Positions 26,184 to 32,000 of a stretch of DNA of 32,000 nucleotides are shown piece by piece. Position 1 is the stretch's first letter; each line of letters opens with the position of its first letter. Made by a program: the position numbers and the translations under genes. Source of the DNA: Acaryochloris marina S15 (lineage in GTDB: Bacteria > Cyanobacteriota > Cyanobacteriia > Thermosynechococcales > Thermosynechococcaceae); the NCBI RefSeq assembly GCF_018336915.1, contig NZ_CP064923.1, positions 30,001 through 62,000 on the forward strand. The letters run 5' to 3'. Below the pieces are notes generated by a model. That model saw nothing but the letters and a program-made list of their open reading frames with translations, had not been told where the DNA came from and did no database searches.

Positions 26184-26813
26184 ATGAAGAAACTGCTTTA
26201 CATCAAGTGTTCACCGCGAGGCACTCGCTCCAAGACAGCCCAAATTGCTGAAGCATTTTTACCTACTTACAAAGAGAAGTATCCCGACGCAGAGATTGAG
26301 GAACTCGACCTTTTTAAGGTCAAACTGCCTGAATTTGACGGCGATGCCGCTGCTGCGAAGATGTCTTTCTTCGGTGGACCTGATATGGACAGCAAGCAGC
26401 AGACTCTCTACGATGAATTGGTTCGGCTCTTCAACCAGTTCAACTCCGCTGACGATTATTTGTTCAGTATTCCAATGTGGAACTTTGGTGTGCCCTGGAA
26501 GTTGAAGCTCTACATCGACCTGTTGAGCATGCCCGGTACCCTTTTCGGCTTCGATCCAGCAGTTGGCTATAGCGGGCTGCTTAAGAATAAGCGTGCGACC
26601 GCAGTGTATTCGGCAGCTATTTACAGTTCTGGCGCATCAAAGCAATTTGGGACTGACCACGTATCAACCCATTTCACCGACTGGTTAAACTTCGCTGGTA
26701 TCGACGATGTTGCTACGGTATGGTATCAACGCTACAAGATGGTCAGTGACGACGAGGCGAGTGCAGCCTTGGAGCAGGCGCGGGAAGAGACTAGGGTAGC
26801 GGCACGGCGCTAA
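26184..26813 (+). CDS. FMN-dependent NAD(P)H oxidoreductase, azoreductase/quinone reductase-like (flavodoxin-like fold)
   Basis: 209 aa. MKKLLYIKCSPRGTRSKTAQIAEAF...LDLF...LPEFDG resembles the AzoR/Flavodoxin_2 N-terminus. PMWNFGVPWKLKLYIDL is the typical family motif. Confidence 0.7.
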   Translation: MKKLLYIKCSPRGTRSKTAQIAEAFLPTYKEKYPDAEIEELDLFKVKLPEFDGDAAAAKMSFFGGPDMDSKQQTLYDELVRLFNQFNSADDYLFSIPMWNFGVPWKLKLYIDLLSMPGTLFGFDPAVGYSGLLKNKRATAVYSAAIYSSGASKQFGTDHVSTHFTDWLNFAGIDDVATVWYQRYKMVSDDEASAALEQAREETRVAARR

Positions 26814-26856
26814 GTACAGCACTCACTGGAAGCAATTAACCAGAGTCGGAAACCCT

Positions 26857-26900
26857 ATTTTTTTGACCTATTAATTCACATACATGTAGGTCAGTTTTGA
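26857..26900. promoter_or_regulatory. 44-bp promoter/operator module, copy 2, upstream of the NTF2-like and AhpD-like genes
   Basis: atttttttgacctattaatTCACATACATGTAGgtcagttttga. It contains a TTGACC -35-like hexamer (26863..26868), the 14-mer at 26876..26889, and outer inverted arms TGACCTA...TAGGTCA (26865..26871 and 26887..26893). Confidence 0.5.
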
Positions 26901-26960
26901 TCCTTCTTCTGTTAAACGTTGAACTCAAAATCTAATCCAACCCCAAAGGAGACTAAAACA

Positions 26961-27380
26961 ATGTCAACTACAACCACACTAAACGTAACCCCTAAAACAG
27001 CCGCTGACGAAGCACAGAGCTTTGCAGAATACAAAGCTGTTGAAGCTGCTTTGCAGCCTTATATTGAGTCCGCCAAAACAGGTGACGGCGCACTTTGCCG
27101 GACGGCCTTTTATGACCATGCTCATATTGTTGGCTCAGTACACGGCACTTTCTATGACTTGGATGCTGACACGTTCAAAGGCGCGGTCAATGAAGCTGGT
27201 GCATCTCCAGACGTTCAGTCCCACATTGCCTGGATTGATATTTCTGGACCTGCCGCCGGCGCAAAGGTTGAATTTATCAATTGGGCTGGTTTCCGCTACA
27301 CCGATTTCTTTGTTCTCTACAAGCAGGATGGACAGTGGAAAATCAGCGGTAAGGTCTACGATTCTTACGCTCAAAACTAA
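26961..27380 (+). CDS. NTF2-like/SnoaL-like small protein
   Basis: The track ORF starts at a TTG (26919). The ATG at 26961 is preceded by AAGGAG (26946..26951). The 139-aa product ends in AWIDISGPAAGAKVEFINWAGFRYTDFFVLYKQDGQWKISGKVY, typical of the NTF2-like cone fold. Confidence 0.6.
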   Translation: MSTTTTLNVTPKTAADEAQSFAEYKAVEAALQPYIESAKTGDGALCRTAFYDHAHIVGSVHGTFYDLDADTFKGAVNEAGASPDVQSHIAWIDISGPAAGAKVEFINWAGFRYTDFFVLYKQDGQWKISGKVYDSYAQN

Positions 27381-27429
27381 TCTTCAACCCTAACGCTAAA
27401 AAAACAACGCTAAAAAAAGGAGAAACACG

Positions 27430-27996
27430 ATGACGAACTTTATTTTGCACACTGAAGAAACTGCGCCCGAAGGAAGCAAAGCGATTCTGCAAGGCGCTAA
27501 GAAAGCCTACGGATTTGTGCCGAACCTGATGGCTACTTTGGCGGAATCCCCTGCGGCAGTGGAAGCATACGGTACGCTTTCTGGAATCTTTGACAAAAGC
27601 GACTTTACCTCAGCAGAGCGTCAAGTTGTTTTGATGACCAACAACCGCCTGAACGGTTGCACGTACTGCATGGCCGCACATTCAACCATTGCCAAAATGC
27701 AGAAAGTTCCAGCTGATGTCATTGAGACATTACGTAAAGGCACATCATTTACCGATCCGAAGCTTGAAGCGCTGCGCGTATTCTCGGCTAAAGTCAATGA
27801 GAATCGTGGTGTTGTCAGTGATGCTGATATCGCTGCGTTCATTGCGGCAGGTTACAGCAAGGCCAATGTCCTCGAAGTTATTGTGGGAACGGGCTTAAAG
27901 GTCCTGTCCAATTACACGAATCACGTTGCCCAATCCCCTATTGATGACGCATTCCAGTCAAATAAATGGTCTGCAGATATGTCTGAGGCTGCATAG
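27430..27996 (+). CDS. Carboxymuconolactone decarboxylase/AhpD-like family protein
   Basis: 188 aa. RBS aaaggag lies 7 nt upstream. The AhpD-core motif NGCTYCMAAH (CxxC...H) is present. Confidence 0.75.
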   Translation: MTNFILHTEETAPEGSKAILQGAKKAYGFVPNLMATLAESPAAVEAYGTLSGIFDKSDFTSAERQVVLMTNNRLNGCTYCMAAHSTIAKMQKVPADVIETLRKGTSFTDPKLEALRVFSAKVNENRGVVSDADIAAFIAAGYSKANVLEVIVGTGLKVLSNYTNHVAQSPIDDAFQSNKWSADMSEAA

Positions 27997-28003
27997 CAAG
28001 CAG

Positions 28004-28041
28004 GGGTATTGATCTGTGCATAGGACAATACCCTTTACTTT
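28004..28041 (+). terminator. Rho-independent terminator candidate
   Basis: gggtattg (28004..28011) pairs with caataccc (28026..28033), leaving a 14-nt loop, and is followed by tttacttt. It begins 8 nt after the stop at 27996. Confidence 0.5.
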
Positions 28042-28196
28042 AGCCCGCAACTAAAAGCTTGAAAAATGATATGCCCCTGCTACCCTAAGTCCCTGAGGTA
28101 GATGGAGGGAGATTGTCAACTTAACCTTACATTACCGAAATTTAAATACATTGTTCCTGTCTCTACAGTTGCCTTGAACTAGTATTGATAAATACC

Positions 28197-28787
28197 TTAA
28201 GAACAAACCAAATAACTACTCAAGAATGAACTCATCTTCTCGATTGGCTTGACGGATTGTTCTAACTGCATTCTTAACAAAGCGCCTTCATAGGCATTAA
28301 CCAGGAAATCAGCTAGTTCCTCGGCAGAGATATCATCACGAATGACGTTTCGACTCTGCCCGCGTTTAAGGGTTTGGGAAAACTGCTGTTTCATACCTTC
28401 TAGGCCTTCAATCATGGCCTGCCGACACAGCTCACTACTCCCTCCCAGCTCTGCCCCCAAGTTGCCTATGAGGCATCCAGTTTTCGAGTCCTGATGCCGC
28501 TGCACTTCTCTCTCAAAAAAATTCTTGAGGGCCATGAATGCGTTGTCTTCAGGTTCCTTAAGCTGATCAGACATACAGGCAATCAACTGCTGAGAGTAGT
28601 GCCGAATCACCTCAGCTGCAAAATGCTCCTTGCTTTCAAAGTAGTTATAGAAAGACCCTTTAGGAACGTTGACCTGATCAACAACTTCTTTGATCCCAGT
28701 ACCGTGATAACCCTGACTAATAAACAATTTTAGTCCTTCATCTAGAAGTCTTTCACGGGTGTTGTCATTGCGTCTTGGCCTGGCCAT
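28197..28787 (-). CDS. TetR/AcrR family transcriptional regulator (second, intact paralogue)
   Basis: 196 aa. MARPRRNDNTRERLLDEGLKLFISQGYHGTGIKEVVDQVNVPKGSFYNYFESKEHF is a canonical TetR HTH. Confidence 0.85.
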   Translation of the reverse strand: MARPRRNDNTRERLLDEGLKLFISQGYHGTGIKEVVDQVNVPKGSFYNYFESKEHFAAEVIRHYSQQLIACMSDQLKEPEDNAFMALKNFFEREVQRHQDSKTGCLIGNLGAELGGSSELCRQAMIEGLEGMKQQFSQTLKRGQSRNVIRDDISAEELADFLVNAYEGALLRMQLEQSVKPIEKMSSFLSSYLVCS

Positions 28788-28837
28788 GTAGACAGTATAT
28801 GACCAGGAACGCTACATAGCTATTGAGGAACCTAAAC

Positions 28838-29138
28838 TATGCTAGAGAGAATCAATACCAAACACCGTCGGGTTAATAATTTTAACCCGTTAAAGGCTGT
28901 CACCAACCAGACAGGGATTTTTGTATCAGAGGGAAATTATCATCCTCCCACCTCTGATTAATGTACTGCTTCAACGACAGAATTAACGGTTCAGGTCGAT
29001 GGTGGATATATTCCGATCCAAGAGAAAGGTAAACGGAGTTTTGAAGCGTTGGCAGAAATGTACTATCGACCAGAAAATATTCAATTTATCGATCGCCATC
29101 ATCGTGAGATTGTCGATAAAAAAGGAAAAAGGCAATAG
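28838..29138 (+). pseudogene. Frameshifted gene remnant of unknown origin (transposase origin is only a guess)
   Basis: Two short open stretches lie in different frames. The first, 28838..28960, reads MLERINTKHRRVNNFNPLKAVTNQTGIFVSEGNYHPPTSD*. The second, 28962..29138, reads CTASTTELTVQVDGGYIPIQEKGKRSFEALAEMYYRPENIQFIDRHHREIVDKKGKRQ*. There is no intact gene, and the remnant sits between TetR paralogues. Confidence 0.25.
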
Positions 29139-29426
29139 ACAAGAGAAGGCGCTCATAATGTCTTACAGAATTAGGGCAGCCATGATCAGTGATGAATAGA
29201 ATCAGTGATGAATGGAAAAGTAGATGGAAAGGCCCCGTGATCAAGAGTCCAACTATCACTGCTTAAAGAAACTTTTTGATTACGCTCCCATTGAGTGAAC
29301 CTAAAATAGAGAAAGTTAGAGTCTGTATTCCATTCGCCGCGAGGGTTATAGCACTAACGCTGTTTTATATTCTGATGCTTATTTAACCCCTATAAACATA
29401 TCAATCAAGACATTTGACGTTTAAAG

Positions 29427-29460
29427 ATGACTGGTCATATAATTCTAGACGACCGGTCAT
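29427..29460. promoter_or_regulatory. Tandem 12-bp palindromes ATGACtgGTCAT and ACGACcgGTCAT in front of the dead TetR/ADH unit
   Basis: The sites are at 29427..29438 and 29449..29460, with centres 22 bp apart. A TATAGT hexamer (29460..29465) lies 6 nt before the ATG at 29472. The intact paralogue shows the same layout on the minus strand: GGTCATATACT at 28804..28794, then 6 nt, then the ATG at 28787. Confidence 0.5.
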
Positions 29461-29471
29461 ATAGTTGTTTT

Positions 29472-29606
29472 ATGACAAGACCAAAGCGTAGCGAAAACAT
29501 CTGAGAAAAACTTCTGTAAAAAGGGCTTCAGTTGTTGCCTGGTCAAGGCTATCACGGCACTGGCACCAAGGAAGTTGTTGCTCAAGTCGACGTTCCAAAA
29601 GGTTCT
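29472..29606 (+). pseudogene. TetR-family pseudogene, N-terminal (HTH) fragment with two in-frame stops
   Basis: The fragment reads MTRPKRSENI*EKLL*KGLQLLPGQGYHGTGTKEVVAQVDVPKGS. The intact paralogue reads MARPRRNDNTRERLLDEGLKLFISQGYHGTGIKEVVDQVNVPKGS. The stops are at 29502..29504 and 29517..29519. Similarity ends at 29606, just before the ADH start. Confidence 0.75.
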
Positions 29607-29621
29607 TTACCCAAAAAAATT

Positions 29622-30707
29622 ATGCTAGCAACTTACTATCACGAGCGTTCAGACATTCGCGTTGGCAATCTACCCGACCCAACAATACTCTCGGATACAG
29701 ACGCCATCGTTCGCGTTACCCTCGCAGGGATTTGTGGTGCCGACTTCGACTTTATTAACAACGGTCCCGAAATGGGTGTTCCCCAGGGCATGCGGATGGG
29801 GCATGAGTTTGTCGGAATCGTGGAAGCCGTCGGGAAGGCCGTTCATACCGTTAAAGTCGGAGACCGTGTAGTTGCCTCAGCCATGTTTGTTGACGGTGTA
29901 TGCCACCATTGCAAACGCGATCTCCCCTCAGCCTGCGAACATGGCGGTCTGTTTGGTTCTCCCCTCTTCGTACAGCACGGCGGCAGTGATATTCAAGGTG
30001 GCCAATCCGAATTTGTGCGCGTGCCCTATGCCAATGGAACCCTATTCAAACTGCCTGACAGCTTTACGTCGGGTTCAGAAGACCACAAAGCGCTACCGCT
30101 GGCAGATAATTTTGCAACTGGATATCATGGCGCCCTTAACTCAAATATTCTCCCTGGCGAAACAGTTGTTGTTATCGGTGACGGAGCGGTGGGACAGAGT
30201 GCTGTGATGGCAGCAGCAAAGCTCTTTAATCCTGAGCAGGTTATCCATGTGGGCCGGTACGATAGCCGACTGGAGTTTTCCAAGCAAAAAAGTGGCGCGA
30301 CCCATACTGTAAATGGCAAAACCCAAGACCCAATCGAGTATGTGAAGAGCTTGACTAATGGTTACGGCGCCATGTCGATTATTGACACCGTTGGTAATAA
30401 AGGATCGATTTCGCAAGCCATGGCGATGGCCCATGCAGGCGGTAAATTGAGCGTGCTTGGGTTTGGGCATCTTTATGAACCTGTAGATGCCCCCTACTCT
30501 GATGCTCTATTTAGAAACCTGACTATTCATACAGGCGTCGTGAATGTCGCCGCCTATATGAGGACGCTGCTTCCGATCGTCGAAAACGGGCAGATTGATC
30601 CCAGTGTCATCTTTACGGATACCTTGCCACTTGCAGAGGCTAAGCAAGGCTATGACTTAATGATGGGTCGGTCGGCCGGTACAGTCAAAGTTGCGCTTAA
30701 GCCCTAA
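29622..30707 (+). CDS. Zinc-dependent alcohol dehydrogenase (MDR superfamily)
   Basis: The track ORF starts at TTG 29532, but those first 30 codons are TetR remnant. The ATG at 29622 gives a 361-aa product starting MLATYYHERSDIRVGNLPDP. Motifs present are GICGADF, GHEFVGIVEAVG, the structural-zinc Cys cluster CHHCKRDLPSAC, and the Rossmann motif VIGDGAVG. Confidence 0.85.
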   Translation: MLATYYHERSDIRVGNLPDPTILSDTDAIVRVTLAGICGADFDFINNGPEMGVPQGMRMGHEFVGIVEAVGKAVHTVKVGDRVVASAMFVDGVCHHCKRDLPSACEHGGLFGSPLFVQHGGSDIQGGQSEFVRVPYANGTLFKLPDSFTSGSEDHKALPLADNFATGYHGALNSNILPGETVVVIGDGAVGQSAVMAAAKLFNPEQVIHVGRYDSRLEFSKQKSGATHTVNGKTQDPIEYVKSLTNGYGAMSIIDTVGNKGSISQAMAMAHAGGKLSVLGFGHLYEPVDAPYSDALFRNLTIHTGVVNVAAYMRTLLPIVENGQIDPSVIFTDTLPLAEAKQGYDLMMGRSAGTVKVALKP

Positions 30708-30722
30708 TTCGCAGCCAACAGG

Positions 30723-31022
30723 TTGTCGATGAGTCCAGAAGTGAGAAGTCTTTTGGTTGTTTACTTTAAAGACTTTTCGCTCTGGGAGTTGTGTCAGCAG
30801 ACCATGATTGACAGATTCCAGTGTATGAAACAACAAATTTTACACACGCACAAACGCGGACAGGCAGAAGGTACCATGCGAGACGATATCTCAGCTGAGG
30901 AACTGGCTGACTTTCTGATCAATAGCTATGAAGGTGCATTACTGAGAATGCAGGTGGAGTAGTCTGTTAAGCCTATTGGACAACTGAGTTCACTCATACG
31001 TCACTATCTAATGAGGGCTTAG
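30723..31022 (+). pseudogene. TetR-family pseudogene, C-terminal fragment with an in-frame stop
   Basis: The fragment reads ELCQQTMIDRFQCMKQQILHTHKRGQAEGTMRDDISAEELADFLINSYEGALLRMQVE*SVKPIGQLSSLIRHYLMRA*. The intact paralogue reads ELCRQAMIEGLEGMKQQFSQTLKRGQSRNVIRDDISAEELADFLVNAYEGALLRMQLEQSVKPIEKMSSFLSSYLVCS*. The stop is at 30960..30962. The preceding MSPEVRSLLVVYFKDFSLW resembles the other TetR type (VSPAVRSRLIAYFKDLQIW at 25437..25970). Confidence 0.7.
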
Positions 31023-31119
31023 AGCGTTCCTTGAATATAGTCGACTGGGTTTAAGAAACAAGGATGACTTCCTCAAATCTAGTTACACCAGTACTGGTAA
31101 AATTTGGCTCTATTTTCAG

Positions 31120-31131
31120 ACGACCAGTCGT
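31120..31131. promoter_or_regulatory. Perfect 12-bp palindrome ACGACcaGTCGT upstream of the hypothetical gene/SDR unit
   Basis: It has 5-bp perfect arms and a 2-bp spacer, and lies 22 nt upstream of the ATG at 31154. It belongs to the same AyGAC-NN-GTCrT family as the sites at 29427 and 29449. The shared flank agacgacc(a/g)gtc is also found at 29447. Confidence 0.5.
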
Positions 31132-31153
31132 TTTAATGAATTAGAAGTTACTC

Positions 31154-31558
31154 ATGAAAAATACACTGAAATGGCGCATTCACGGTGATGAATTTGAGGA
31201 TGGTAGCAAGATGGCGGACTGGAAAAAGATTGAAAGTAGCGCTTGGCATTTTCAAGTTGAAAGTAGCTATGAGATGACATTCGATATCTACGAACATGAT
31301 GGTCAGTTCTGGAAGCTATATCAGGGGCGCTGGGTTGTAGAAGGGATCGCCGAATATACTTATCGATACGGTGGTCAAGCCTGCCGGATGACCCAGGTGG
31401 CTTACACAAAAAAGGCGAGATCCCCCCACTCTGGCCTGCTTAAACAGCGCGGAGATTTGGAGTGGGTGCGGGTTTACGAAGTAAATGAACGCATTCATAA
31501 CGTTGTGAAGACTGGCCTGCCGAATCCAAAGTACAACGGCAAAACTGTCGCGGCCTAA
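31154..31558 (+). CDS. Hypothetical protein
   Basis: 134-aa ORF (MKNTLKWRIHGDEFEDGSKMADWKKIESSAWHFQVE...). I recognise no family. It lies between the operator-like palindrome and the SDR gene. Confidence 0.45.
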   Translation: MKNTLKWRIHGDEFEDGSKMADWKKIESSAWHFQVESSYEMTFDIYEHDGQFWKLYQGRWVVEGIAEYTYRYGGQACRMTQVAYTKKARSPHSGLLKQRGDLEWVRVYEVNERIHNVVKTGLPNPKYNGKTVAA

Positions 31559-31601
31559 ATGGAATTGAAGGCAGTGTTTGGCAAAATCGAGGAGGTGCGC
31601 T

Positions 31602-32000
31602 GTGACAAAACCCATTTGTTTGATTACTGGGGTAGGAGACGGGACGGGAAGTGAGATCGCTCGCAAATTTTCCCAAGGAGGATACCGGGTCGCAATGATA
31701 GCCCGTAATCGAGATCGCCTCCAAATGCTCGAACGAGAACTGCCGCAATCCAAAGCTTATGCTTGTGATATTGGAGATTTAGAGACCCTACTCTCCACCC
31801 TAAAGAAAATTTGCTCAGAGATGGGACATCCTTCTGTCTTGATCCATAATGCTGTTAGCGCTACCTTCGGAAGGTTTCTAGAAGCCGATCCTGAAGATTT
31901 AGAACGCAACTTTCGAGTGAATACAACATCATTGCTTTACCTGGCTCGGGAACTCTCACCATCTATGATTGCAGCCGGCAATGGTGCAATTGTGGTCACG
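31602..32000 (+). CDS. Short-chain dehydrogenase/reductase (SDR), N-terminal part; continues beyond the window
   Basis: The GTG at 31602 is preceded by ggagg (31591..31595). Manual translation gives VTKPICLITGVGDGTGSEIARKFSQGGYRVAMIARNRDRLQMLEREL...LIHNAVSATFG. This includes the TGxxxGxG cofactor motif and the NNAG-like HNAV. Confidence 0.8.
   Translation, partial: MTKPICLITGVGDGTGSEIARKFSQGGYRVAMIARNRDRLQMLERELPQSKAYACDIGDLETLLSTLKKICSEMGHPSVLIHNAVSATFGRFLEADPEDLERNFRVNTTSLLYLARELSPSMIAAGNGAIVVT

Noticed and set aside
26027-26251. 74-aa ORF overlapping the promoter module and the start of the azoreductase-like gene
   Set aside because: It overlaps the better-supported 209-aa gene in another frame, starts with a non-ATG codon inside the operator module, and has no motif.
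28999-29199. 66-aa ORF in the TetR-TetR spacer
   Set aside because: It lies in a different frame from the more protein-like remnant at 28962..29138. It is Lys/Ile-rich from AT composition and is likely spurious.
29532-29621. ADH ORF starting at TTG 29532, as an apparent TetR-HTH::ADH fusion
   Set aside because: The extra 30 codons are the tail of a TetR fragment that already has two in-frame stops upstream. The ADH alignment logic (MLATYYHERSDIRVGNLPDP as beta-strand 1) starts at the ATG at 29622. A real fusion protein cannot be excluded without proteomics.
31152-31753. Minus-strand ORFs (85, 145 and 102 aa) antisense to the 134-aa hypothetical gene and the SDR gene
   Set aside because: The SDR frame has unambiguous TGxxxGxG cofactor motifs on the plus strand. 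The antisense products are Arg/Ser/Pro-rich with no motifs.
1-32000. CRISPR arrays, tRNA/rRNA genes, intact IS elements and integrases
   Set aside because: I saw no regularly spaced direct repeats, no GTTCGAATC-type T-arm signatures, no rRNA-like segments, and no intact transposase or recombinase ORFs while reading both strands. tRNAscan, Infernal and ISfinder runs would confirm.

Overview
This is a cyanobacterial chromosomal segment. Evidence: eight GCGATCGC (HIP1) palindromes, ndhH, gatC, cobD/cbiB, and a pyruvate kinase with a C-terminal PEP-utilizer domain. I support about 30 coding or pseudogene features and saw no rRNA, tRNA or CRISPR. Housekeeping genes flank two accessory-looking blocks.

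Block 1 (3.1-12.9 kb) is the most interesting. Two sets of type IV minor-pilin/pseudopilin genes are transcribed divergently from a 926-bp AT-rich non-coding region. That region holds a near-consensus CRP-type palindrome. Each set has one GspH/FimT-like, one small PilV-like, one PilW-like and one PilX_N-type gene, in different orders. Neither set has a recognisable PilY1 or major pilin. The X- and W-class proteins are unusually large (840, 460, 431 and 348 aa), and the 840-aa protein carries an Asp-rich, calcium-site-like motif.

Block 2 (23.5-32 kb) is a mosaic:
- a very AT-rich island containing a sulfotransferase gene interrupted by one in-frame TGA
- a TetR regulator followed by azoreductase-like, NTF2-like and AhpD-like genes, preceded by three copies of a 14-bp operator-like palindrome
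- a second TetR paralogue
- a dead third TetR copy whose middle has been replaced by a zinc alcohol dehydrogenase gene
- a 12-bp AyGAC-NN-GTCrT palindrome family in front of these units

All calls come from reading the translations and the DNA by eye. No database search was run.
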